A stretch of DNA of 52,848 nt from Macrostomum lignano (taxonomy: Eukaryota), in the NCBI GenBank assembly GCA_002269645.1, contig NIVC01001320.1, positions 1 through 52,848 on the forward strand, read 5' to 3'. Below the pieces are notes generated by a model, which worked only from the letters and a program-made list of their open reading frames with translations, was not told where the DNA came from and did no database searches. This document shows, piece by piece, positions 11,183-22,788 of this stretch (within the stretch, counting starts at the first letter, position 1; each line of letters begins with the position of its first letter). A program made the position numbers and the translations under genes.

Positions 11183-11839
11183 ATCGTTTTGATAACATGA
11201 ATTGTAGCACTTATATATTTCAACACTTTGAAAACTCCCAGCATAGAGTAGAAATCACTCCAAGCAGTTACGACGTAATCAATTTCTCAGGCAGTCAATA
11301 TCAGTTTCAATTAATAAAGTCAACAATTAAAGTCAACAATATGGTTACGCAATCTAAATTTAGATCTAATGGCGCTGGCTTGAATTGTGGAGTTGCGATA
11401 AATAGGGGTTTGCGATATGAGAGAGCGTACAATGAGAATACATGTATAGAGTAAAAAGTATAGAAATTTCTTTTTTATGCTGTGCTTTTAATTTTTCAAA
11501 TCTCAGCAAACAGATTATATTCTCGAACTCAGCGTTTCTAGCTCTTTCCAGCAATACAAGGCTCTCTTCTGAAAGTGAAAAACTCGAAGCACAAACAACG
11601 GTTTGATATTCCTGCTTTAAAGCAGTCAAATTCATAAAGGTGTACATTCAGCGCCAGCTACAGTGAGAGGCCTGCAGTTGATGCATTGAAATTCACAACC
11701 AAGCCAATGCCCGGGACTCATTGAATGGCAATACCCGCCCCTCAATTCAATAACTAAAAGGTGTTGCGCAACCTTTCAACGCTTATAGCTCTCTACGCCA
11801 GTGTAGAGAACCAATGCTATAGTTGGCACTGAGTTATGA

Positions 11840-12125
11840 TGCAATACAATTCCATCGGCAGTCAGAATGCTTCTCAATTGGAAAGAACTGTTTGAACTTA
11901 AAAATGCGGGGCAAAAATCGAGTTTTTCGAATATTTAAGCCCGAAAAAATGAAGCAATTTCTTAGCAAAATTTTGTGTACCAGCGCGCCATCAATACGCA
12001 TCGAATGCAGAAAACCCCACGAAATTCCGACCATGTAGAGCCAAGTTACACGAAGGTTCCTATATATAGGTAGGTAGGTACATAGTTTTGATTTTTAGTA
12101 TATTGGAATGGATGGATAGGACTAG
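11840..12125 (+). mobile_element. DINE-1/Lep1-like element, diverged copy 2
   Basis: Shares TTTTTCGAATATTTAA and GCAATTTCTTAGC blocks, has a (TAGG)n microsatellite and the 3' block TTTTTAGTATATTGGA...CTAG. The 5' end is approximate. Confidence 0.4.
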
Positions 12126-12709
12126 CATACCAATTCCCCCTTTGGGGGAAGAATACCAACGCTTCTAATATCTTAGGAAATAAAAAACTAATAAACCGAA
12201 TGACACTATGTTCTAATATCACTATTATCACGCTGTTTTCATCTATATATCCCCCTAGCTATATTATTCCCTATACTACACCTTAAATAACTCTTAATCT
12301 TGCTATCCCCTTATCACGCTATGCTTTCACCTATATATGCCTTATCCTTATTCTTTATACCATGTCTTAAAAAACTCTTGCTATCCCTTTGATATCTCTA
12401 GCTATCTCTTGAAATTCCCTGCTATCAATTGACATCTCTAGCCATCCTATCGATATATCTAGCTATCTCTTGCGATTTTCCATTTATATTACCTACTCTC
12501 CCCACAAAATGTCCTGCTATTCTCTCAACACCTCTTGGAAAATCCAATCACATGCAATCTGCTGGAACTCACGATATACCAGAATATCAATATGTCATGC
12601 TACTCTCTTAAAATTCTTCCTACCTGCTAGATAATTTTTGCTATCCTCTCGATAAACCATGTCGTCACCTCGAAAATTCATGCAAATCCTTCAATAAATC
12701 ATGATCTCC

Positions 12710-13920
12710 CCTTGACATTTCTGCCATTCCCCCAAGCCTATACATCTCAGGAATTCCCTCTTAAGCTTTGACATTTCTGCCATTCCCCCAAGCCTATACA
12801 TCTCAGGAATTCCCTCTTAAGCTTTGACATTTCTGCCATTCCCCCAAGCCTATACATCTCAGTAATCCCCCCTAATACTTGACATCTCAGTGAACTTTCC
12901 CAAGCCGACACATCTTAGCATTTAGCAACCCCCCCCCCCAAGACCTGACATTTCAGCATTCTTAAGCCTTGAAATCTAAGCAAATCCTCTCCAAGACTTG
13001 ACATCTCAGTAATTACCTCAAGCCTACATATCTCAGCAATCACCCTAAGACTTGACATCTCAGTAATTCCCCCAAGCTTACACATCTCAGCAATACCCCC
13101 AAGACTTGACATATCACTAATTCCCCTAAGCCTACACATCTCAGCATTCAGCAATACCTCTAGACTTGACATTTCAGTATTTACCCCAAGCCTACACATC
13201 TCAGCATTCAGCAATACCTCTAGACTTGACATTTCAGTATTTACCCCAAGCCTACACATCTCAGCATTCAGCAATACCTCTAGACTTGACATTTCAGTAT
13301 TTACCCCAAGCCTACACATCTCAGCATTCAGCAATACCTCTAGACTTGACATTTCAGTATTTACCCCAAGCCTACACATCTCAGCAATCCCCCAAGAGTT
13401 GACATCTCAGTAACTCCCCCAAGCCTATACATCTCAGCATTCAGCAGTCCCCCAAGCCTTGAGTTCTCAGGAATTTCTCCCTAAGCCTTGACATCTCAGC
13501 AACTCTCTCTTAAGCCTTGATATTTCAGCAATTCCTCCTAAGCTTAGACATCTCAGCGATTCCCCCGTAAGCCTTGACATCTCAGTAATTCAATATCTCA
13601 GCAGTCCCCCAAGACGACATCTCAGTAATTCCCCAATAAGCCTTGACATCTACAAAATTCCGTCTTAAGCCTAGACATCTCAGTCATTCCCCCAAGCGTA
13701 CACATCTCAGCAATACCCCCAAGACTTGGCAGCTTAGTAATTCCCCCAAGCGTACACATCTCAGCATTCAGAATACCCAAGACTTGATATCTCACTAATT
13801 ATTCCAAGTCTACACATCTCAGCAGTTCCCCAAGACGACATCTTAGTAATTCCCCTATAAGCCTTGAAATCTCAGCAATTTTCTCCCCTCAAGACTTGAC
13901 ATCTAAGCAATTCTTTCTTA
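12710..13920. repeat. Type II (~30-bp) minisatellite with a perfect 60-bp higher-order unit
   Basis: Four identical 60-bp units at ~13130-13385, plus a 60-bp duplication at ~12710-12850. Confidence 0.9.
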
Positions 13921-13929
13921 AGTCTTAAG

Positions 13930-15510
13930 CTACCATGAGATAATTGAAGAGCTGCTATGAGATTATTGCAAAGCAGCTATGAGATTATTGCAAAGCTGCT
14001 ATGAGATTATTGCTGTGAGACTATTGTGGAGCTACTATGAGATTACTTGAGAGCTACTATAAGAATTTTTTAGAGCTACTATGAGATTATTTGAGAGCTA
14101 CTAAAAGAATTTTTTAGAGCTACTATGAGATTATTTGAGAGCTACTATAAGAATTTTTGAGAGCCACTATGAGATTATTTGAGAGCTACTATGAGATTAT
14201 TTGAGAGCTGCTATGAGATTATTGCAAAGCTTTTATGAGATTATTGCAAAGCTTCTGTGAGTTTATTGCAAAGCTTTTTTGAGATTTTTGCAAAGCTGCT
14301 ATGAGATTGTTGCTATGAAATTTTCACAAAGCTTCTATGAGATTATTGCTGAGATTATTGCAAAGCTTAAATGAGATTTATTGCAAAGCTTCAATGAGAT
14401 CATTGCTCAGATGCTATGAGATTTTCACAAAGCTTCTGTGAGATTATTGCTGAGATTATTACAAAGCTTCAATGAGATTATTGCAAAGCTTCAATGAGAT
14501 CATTGCTCAGATGCTATGAGATTTTCACAAAGCTTCTGTGAGATTTTTGCTGAGATTATTACAAAGCTTCAATGAGATTATTGCAAAGCTTCAATGAGAT
14601 TATTGCAAAGCTTCTATGAGATTATTGCAAAGCTTTTATGAGATTATTGCAAAGCTGCTGTGAGATTATTGCTATGAGATTATTGCTATGAGATTTTTGC
14701 GAAGCTGCTATAAGAATATTGATGAGATTATTGCAAAGCTGATATGAGATTAATTCTACGAGATTATTGCAAAGCTGCTATGAGATTATTGCTATGAGAT
14801 TATTGCAAAGATGCTATGAGATTATTGCTACGAGATTATTGCGAAGCTGCTATGAGATTATTGCAAAGCTGCTATGAGATTATTGCTATAAGATTATACA
14901 GGAGCTGCTATGAGATTATTGCTATGAGATTATAGAGGAGCTGCTATGAGATCATTTTAGGGCTGCTATGAGATTATTGCTATGAGATTATTAAGGAGCT
15001 GCTATGTGATTCTTGCAAAGGTGCTATAAGGTTATTGCTATGAGTTTATTGCGAAGCTGCTAGGAGATTACTGCTATGAGATTATTGCTATTAGATTATT
15101 GCAAAGATGCTATGAGATTATTGCTATGAGATTATTGCGAAGCTGCTATGAGATTATTGCAAAGCTGCTATGAGATTATTGCTATAAGAATATACAGGAG
15201 CTGCTATGAGATTATTGCTATGAGATTATACAGGAGCTGCTATGAGATTATTTTAAGGCTGCTATGAGATTATTAAGGAGCTGCTATGTGATTCTTGCAA
15301 AGGTGCTATGAGGTTATTGCTATGAGATTATTGCGAAGTTGCTATGAGATTACTGCTATCAGATTATTGCTATGAGTTTATTGCGAAGCTGCTAGGAGAT
15401 TACTGCTATGAGATTATTGCTATGAGTTTATTGCAAAGATGCTGTGAGAATATCGCAAAGCTGCTATGAGAATATTGCTAAGCTACTATGAGATGAATGA
15501 AGAGCTTTTT
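13930..15510. repeat. Minisatellite built on GCTATGAGATTATT(GCAAA)
   Basis: 1.6 kb of 12-25-bp variants read directly. Confidence 0.9.
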
Positions 15511-15657
15511 TGAGATAATTTTTTGCCTACATGACGCGTCTTTTTTTATCAGACGCTTTTTAAAGTTTTCTAGTTTAAATAATAAAAAATATTGAATACT
15601 TGTCAATTTAATAAATAAATTGGATAAATTTAAATATATAAAAAACTTCTAGACTCT

Positions 15658-15720
15658 TAAAATTCGAACCAACGCCGCTGCATTTACAGTCCAGTCTGTT
15701 CACCTCTAGGCTAGCTCTCT
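15658..15720 (-). mobile_element. tRNA-derived (SINE-like) head, copy C
   Basis: Homologous to copies A and B. Loop CTGTAAA, B box GGTTCGAATT. Confidence 0.55.
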
Positions 15721-15921
15721 TCGTTTTGATAACATGAATTTTATAACTTATATATAAATTTAACACTCAATGCTCCAAGCATAGCAGTTATGACATAATC
15801 TATTTCTCAGGCAGCCTGTATCAGTTTCAATTGAAGTCAACAATATAGTTACGCAATATTATAAATCTAGCTAGTCTCGTGCAATGCTTCCACGCAGAGT
15901 TACAATTCAGCTGTGACGCAA

Positions 15922-16224
15922 TCTATTTCAGAATCAGCATTCAACCAGTCAGTTTTTTCTCTAGCATTTTTACAATGCTTTTCAAGACGAAAGAGCTGCT
16001 TGACCTTTGCAAAAAAGCATGTTTTTCGAATATTTAATGCCTTTAGCATCGAGCAATTTCTTAGCCAAAATGCATGTACCGAGACGCAAAAATTTGTGAT
16101 CGAATGGTGCAAATTTGAAGAAAATCGGACAACGCATTCGCCTAAACGACGAGAAGACGGCTATTTTACATGGCACCAATTGACATATATACATATAGTT
16201 TTGATTTTTAGTATATTTGACTAG
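15922..16224 (+). mobile_element. DINE-1/Lep1-like element, copy 3
   Basis: Closely aligns with 8079-8362 (TCTATTTCAGAATCAG...TTTTTAGTATATTTGACTAG). Confidence 0.45.
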
Positions 16225-18045
16225 CCAATTCCAACCCCCGTTGGGGCTTTCCGTCAGAACTCCTACCAAAGTTTTTCCACGCAAAAGAAATTCACCCAAC
16301 TGAACCCCCCCCCATCCAAAGAATCTCTAATCCATAAAGTCCCTGATGCAAATAATCTCACATGCAAAAAACCCTCATCCAAAGAATCCCATACAAAGAA
16401 CCCCCATCGACAGAATCCCCGATCCGAAGAATTGCCCATTCAAGGAATCCTTTATCTGTAGAATTCCCTATTTAATGAATCGCCCATCCATCCCTATCTA
16501 AACAATCCCCCATCCATCCCTATCCCAAGAATCCTCCTATTCATCCCTATCCAAAGAATTTCCCCATCCATTCCTATCTAAATAATCACCTTAACCATCC
16601 ATATCCAAAAAATTACTTCTCCAAAAAATCCCCCCTCTAAATAATTCACATCCTTAAATAATCCCCCATCAAAAGCATAATTGGCCAAAGAATCCAGAAT
16701 CCTCTCATCTAAAGAACCCCCGTCAAATAACCCCCATCTAAAGAATCATTCATCTAAAGAATCCCCCATTCAAAAAACCCTCAATCGAAACAATGCCCCA
16801 CCGAAGAAATTGCCCAATGAATCACCTATCCAAATTTATCCATTAGAAGCATCCCTCATCCAAAGAATCATCAATCCATAGAATTCCCCCAAGACTTAAC
16901 ATCTCAGCAATTTCCCCAAGCCTCGACACCTCAGAAATTTTCCCCAAGCATTGACATCTAAGCAATTCCGGCGCAAGCCTTGACATGTTACCAATTTCTC
17001 CCCGTCCAAAGCCTTGACATCTCAGTAATTCCCCTCCCCAAGCCTTAATATCTCAGTAATTCTCCCAGTAAGCCTTCATATCTCAGTAATTCCTCCAGTA
17101 AGTCTTGACATCTTAGCGATTCCCCTCCCCGAGACTTAAGACCTCAGCAATTCCTTTTTAAGCCTTCACACCTCAGCAATTCCCCCCACAAGCCTTGGCA
17201 TCTCAGCAAGTCCCATTTAAGCCTTCACATGTCCTTAATTCCCCAAGGTAAGATTTTATACATGTATCTCAATAATTCCCCTTCTAAATCTTGACATCTT
17301 AAAATTCTCTTCCGAGCAAGCATACCCCAAGAGCAAGCGTCCTTCCGATAGCAAGCATCCCCTGATAGAAAGTACCCCAGCAAGATTAGGGATCAATTTC
17401 CTCAGCTAGCCAATTCCAACTCCCGTTGGGGCTTTCCGTCCAAACTCCAGCCACAGTTTTCCCACGCAATAAAATTTCACCCAACTGAATCTCCCATACA
17501 AAGAATCCCTCATCCAAAGAATACACCACCCATAAAATCCACGATGCAAAGAATCTCACATGAAAAGAATCCGCCATCCAAAAAACCTCCCATCGATAGA
17601 ATCACCGATCCGAAGAATTCCCCATTCAAGGAATTCTCCTATCTGAAGAATTGCCCATCCATAGAATCTTACATGCAGAGAATCCCCATCCAAAGAACCC
17701 CCATCGATAGAATCCCCGATCCGAAGAATCCCCCTATCCATCCCTATCCAAAAAATCCTCGACCTCCATCCATTTCAAAAAATCTCCCATCCAAAGAACC
17801 CCTATCAATAGAATCCCGGATCCAAAGAATTCCCCATTCAAGGAATTCTCCTATCTGAAGAATTTCCCATCCAATGCATTGCCCATCCATAACATCTCAC
17901 ATGCAAAGAATCCCCTTCAAAAGAATCCCTATTAAAAGAGTCCCTCATTCACAGAGTCCCCATCGAAAGAATCCCCCACCCATCCATATCCAAAGAATCC
18001 CCCACCCATCCATATCCAAAGAATCCCCCACCCATCCATATCCTT
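16225..18045. repeat. Two-minisatellite module, copy C (16225-17387) plus head-to-tail partial copy D (17407-18045)
   Basis: Same start block, type I then type II arrays, and the same terminal GAGCAAGC...CAGCAAGATT block at 17314-17387. The module restarts at CTAGCCAATTCC at 17407. Confidence 0.85.
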
Positions 18046-18659
18046 TTAATCCTTTTAATCCCGCAAAACAGACTGCAGTAGTACTCTTAGCAGCCTGCAG
18101 TTATCCACTTTGCCGTCTACAACTTTCATTAACATCAGCAAACTACAATAATTCACTCAGCAGTCCGCAGTTATCGCCTCAACAACTTGCACTTAATACT
18201 TCACCGTTATTATCCACTTAAAACTCTTTAGATAGTTATCCCCTCAGCAGTTTGCAGCTATACACTCATAGGTCTGGAGGAACTACCTCAGCAATCAGTA
18301 TCAGCATCAGTATCCTCAGCAAACTGCAATGATCCTTTCAATAATGTAGAAATTAGCTCAGCATTGTATGGCTCACTAATCGATTTTCGATACATATCGG
18401 CAATCTTTTGCATCACTCAGCATTTAGCAATACCTCAGCAGTTTAGCAGCATCGTCTGCAGTTTAGTAATTTAATACTTCCATAGACCTAGATAATAACA
18501 ATTAATGGGATCTTAGGATTTTACAAATCAAATCAAATTTGCTCAGTGGCTTGTGTGAGTAGCAAAAATAAATTCTTGTAATTAAAAAATATTTTTAAAT
18601 TACTATTTTTCAAAAAAATGTTCAAAATAGTCGAGGCACAAGCTACCAATGAATGAATT

Positions 18660-18890
18660 TATTTAATTTTAATTCACCGCTGGGGAGGCAGACTCGAACC
18701 TTGGACCTTACGCCTAGCCTAAACCTAGTCCTAATGGGCCCGTTCTATAAAGCCATCGTAAGATAAGATCGTTCTTAGCTCTTATCTCCGCAGTGTAAAA
18801 GTTCCGACGTACGTTCGAACTTACGCTACGACAGCTTTATAGTACGACCCCAATGTCTACACTGCGGCTATTCCGCCTACTGATCGGAGG
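18660..18890 (-). mobile_element. tRNA-derived SINE-like head interrupted by a MITE
   Basis: On the minus strand, A-box-like TAGCCGCAGTG (~18880) and B box GGTTCGAGTC (~18700) lie on opposite sides of the MITE at 18736-18851. Confidence 0.35.
18736..18851. mobile_element. PIF/Harbinger-like MITE (116 bp)
   Basis: Imperfect 18-bp TIRs GGGCCCGTTCTATAAAGC / GCTTTATAGTACGACCCC and a 3-bp TSD AAT (18733-18735, 18852-18854). Confidence 0.7.
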
Positions 18891-19189
18891 GCGCAAAAAT
18901 CAGACATATATGCTTTGGCACCGCAGTCAAATACATAGCAGGGATAGGCTGCTCAGTGTGCACATGTTGTATGCAGGCAGAGCCAATGCACATGAGTGAA
19001 ATCTATTAATAGCAATTGTCTATGTAGTCCGCCAGTCAGCCAGAGTCAGAATGTACACACGCAGCCACTGAGCATTATTTTCCTCTCCCTTACTGCATCC
19101 AGTACTGAGGCCTACTACACAATGAAGAGAGAAAAGTTGTGGCGCAATCTTAATTGGAATTGCTATTCAGTTAGTCAAGATTTTGACCT

Positions 19190-19560
19190 TTTCTAGCCTC
19201 CCATTAAAAGCATTGGGAAAACTCGTTTTTCGAATATTTAACCATCTTCCCATTCGAATTTTTCAATGCAATTACACCCACACAATCTCACAAGAATTTG
19301 GAATTGAATAAAGCAAGTTTGAAAAAAAATCGGTTCAGGCATTCAGGCTGTAGACTGGAATACCGGTCAGACAGACAGATCTTAGAGATTTAGTATAGTA
19401 AGTATAGTATATTGTGATGATGATGATGATGAATGATGATGATGATGATTCCACAGACAGACAGACAGACTTTAGAGATTTAGTATAGTTGGATGAATAG
19501 GAAGGAAGGACTAGAGCGTTAAATCTGGACAGACAAATCTTAGTCATTTAGTATAGGTGG
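19190..19560 (+). mobile_element. DINE-1/Lep1-like element with three tandem 3' ends
   Basis: TTTTTCGAATATTTAA and AAAATCGGTTCAGG blocks. (GACA)n followed by TTAGAGATTTAGTATAG occurs at ~19370-19400 and ~19455-19490, with a variant at ~19530-19557. Confidence 0.45.
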
Positions 19561-21214
19561 AAGACAGATCACATGGGAATCTGCGCCAAACACTGGCCAC
19601 CGGACACAGCTATGGTGAAAAGCGACGATTCAAGGTCCTAGAGGATCCACCTTCTATTTTCGATGGAGTTCCTTCGTCTTGTCTTATCCACAACCAAGAT
19701 ATGGTTGCTTTGGATACCTATTTGTACTTAAGACTTTAGTATTTGGTTGATAAAATCTAGACTTCCTCGAAGCGCCCAGGAAACGATTTTTTACATTTTA
19801 GAACGAAATAGAGATGTGAAGGCGAGAAGTGTTCTCTTTGGAGTCTTTGACGTACGAAGTGGCGATGATGCGATGAATTGGAGGAGTTTCAGCTGCGCGA
19901 CACGACATCATATCTTCGTGGAATAGTGTGTGTGATTCCGTACAGGACTCTGAAACATTCAAGCGCCACTCCTAAGTGGTTACATTTTTCTGTAGGATTT
20001 ATATTTGTTTTATTGGACTCCAACGAAGATACGCTTGTTCGATTGTCTATTTCGTCAAATTTTGCTATTCGCGCCTACAAAATGCATACGCCGCTTACTG
20101 TTCGTGACCTACTTATGGTTTTCAACCCACGCTGATATATTGGTCGCAACTAGATGCAATTATCGTACGATGCAAAAACTTTGAGTTTCAGTTGAGAACG
20201 AGATTTTGTATTTCACGAAAAGCAACATATTCGCTATTGAAAGCGCAGCGTTAGAGATTTCGGATCCAACTATAAAACTCTTGCTAGTTAAAGCTAACAC
20301 TGGGCTCACCGACTGCTCGCAGATATAGCACTCTATCATTCGGCAGTCGGCCTTACTTAACCTGATCAGTAACTCCGCCTATTCATACATTAGAACACTC
20401 ATTCCATTGCCCCATCAGAGCATGCAACGACATCAACTCGAAGAAATGGGGAGCTGGGCATAGAGTATGATGCAATCAAAATTACGCGATAGGTTTTTCC
20501 AAGATTTCTGGTCCTCAGCGAAATTGTGTTCTGATGTTTGATGTTCGTACGTAACCGGTGCACGATGAGACGTGCTAGCGACGATGCCAGTCAGGCTGCA
20601 CGAACAGTTCTAGCCATCATGGTAAAGCCTCTTTTTGGTGGAAAGCCGTTTGTCATCCGAATATTGTCCATTTTTCTTGTGGCTGCGGACTTTCTTCGAC
20701 ATCAGCTAAGTCACGGCGTGGAATCGAAAGTGTTTTTCTCATTTTCGGGACAACCTTTACAACAAGCCCTGGATTGGCAGAATTCCCTCACAGGAGTCCG
20801 TTTTCTGATGGCGTTCACATTCTTACTTTTAAAATCTGTTGAATCTTTTTTCGCATCTTTTTATTTTTCACATCTGTGCAATGATCATATCTGTTTAAAA
20901 TTCACTTTTTTAAAGCCCACATCTGCTGTGTTAACTTTTTTCGTTTGTCTGTTCGGTATTCACTATTCACCCATAACAAATAGTCCTCCATGTCACCTTA
21001 TATGTTTTACTGCAATGTCTAGTAAATATACACTTTTTGTATATAGGCATTTATACGAACTCTTTTTAAAAATATTTTCCAATGCACTTTCAAGGAAATA
21101 TACAGCTAAAAGCTAAGAGCTAAAAACAAATTGATATAGCTACTGCTGCATTTGCACGGCCATAGATTTAATCTTTTTGAAATTTACAAATTTTGTGCAA
21201 CTTAGCACATAAAC

Positions 21215-21320
21215 GAAGTGCTTTTTCGCGCCGTGATCACCCAACGACATTCCGCTTGACGATCATTGATCATCATCTTTGCTGCAGAGCAACTGACTCC
21301 GGTAATCCCCTGTCAACACT
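21215..21320 (-). pseudogene. Fragment homologous to the third exon of RPA-like copy 1
   Basis: Aligns with 1320-1435 (TGVSFTA...AECRSMITA versus TGVSCSA...AECRWVITA), with indels. Confidence 0.55.
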
Positions 21321-21332
21321 CGTATGGATCTA

Positions 21333-21398
21333 CTTGACTTAGCTGCAGGGCTGTCCCGGAGGGGACACAGCGGGAAGGCGCGGGCGCCCATTCCGCTA
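21333..21398 (-). mobile_element. 66-bp 5'-truncated copy of the LOA-type LINE 3' end
   Basis: The reverse complement is identical to the LINE 3' UTR (~28107-28168) up to the tail. It is flanked by a perfect 12-bp TSD CGTATGGATCTA (21321-21332, 21399-21410). Confidence 0.95.
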
Positions 21399-22788
21399 CG
21401 TATGGATCTAATATGTAGGAACATTTTATGCGGATATAAAATATTAGTGTAAAAAGTAAAGTCCTAATAAGCATGAACACAAAGGAACACAAGAAGTTTG
21501 TTCTGTCCTCTTAGCCATTTAGTTTGCGATTTCCAGACCCTACAAACCCGATGCCGATGCAGGCGGGAAGCGATGAAATTTCAGAGGGATCGGGAGGGGT
21601 GCCTGCATTTAGTCGGATGGATTGATTCCTGTGGGCTTGTATTCTTAACCAGATATTTCGACTTACACGTAAGCTTTCTAAGACGTATTTTGTTGTCGCT
21701 TCTTTGAAAATTTGCAACTGATCTCAATGTAGTCTGCAATCAACACCTACAAGAAGGCGAAGAATACAATTGCTCCCTGACACTGGGCCATATAATTGCA
21801 GTGGTTACTGGTCTTGTAACCGAGTTGAAGGATGTCAAGTCCTACACGATAAGCAGTGGTCCAGGCCAAGTTTTTGCATTCGTCTGGGTAGACGACTGGG
21901 CAGAGATGACGACTCAGCGTTTTTGGCAAAGACATGCGGTCTGTCTGGGAAATTTACAGTACTTCCGATGCTGTTCGCATAGCCAGCAGAATAATTATAA
22001 GACGCCGATCCAAGATTCAACAACACGAATTATCAATTGGAGATGACTCTGTCGACTACAAGATATCAATATGTCAAATCAATGACATTTCAATTGTTAA
22101 AGAATGTGCGTGCAACTACATGCAATTATAAGTAACCTGAAAACATGCGACTGCAAGGGTGGGTTGCATTGGATCTATCTGCTACTCTACTTCTTCATCC
22201 ACTATCCCACCTCTATCTACTAACCTTATACCTCCATATCAACGAACCAACTTCTATCTACTAATCTTACGCGAGCACGCGAAGGCGTATTCAGCATGCC
22301 AGTGAAGTATGAGACAGACTAGGCCCATGGGCTAAGGTCTGCGATGCTTCACGCCTGCCCCTATCTTCAGCAGGTCAAGGCTGGTGGGAGGTCTGCACCC
22401 TCTATTTGCCTCTGGCAGCCGCAGACCCCCCACGCTGTCTCGCAAGTCGACCCAGGGTACTCGTCCCCGCGTGTGTTCAAGGCAGTCCCTAGGGCTGCTG
22501 GACAGACTGGGCTCCGGCGCTGGCGACCCTATCCAGTGGCTTCGGCCGAATTTGGGTATGCGGGTCTGGCTCGCCAACCTGCAGGCCGTGGTACTGCTCA
22601 ACGTACTCTCTAATGCCTAAGGTGTTGACCGTGCCGATGGGCTGGAAGGCCGGGGAGTAGTCCGGTCGCAAGCGGTCCCCTCCTGGTGTCGGGCCAGCCT
22701 TGAGGGTGCTATTGGCCTACTGCCCGGTCAGGTGGAGCGGCCGGGTGGGTACCGCGCCCCTTTGAGGGTAGCCCACCAACCTTTTATC

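Noticed and set aside
7786-15720. Three possible tRNA genes (Gly, Ser, Tyr)
   Set aside because: Acceptor and T stems do not pair and the copies are paralogous parts of a repeat, so they are treated as tRNA-derived heads.
8400-18045. Many short ORFs and repeat-spacer-like patterns suggestive of CRISPR
   Set aside because: The units are degenerate tandem minisatellites without unique spacers, the context is eukaryotic and there are no cas genes.
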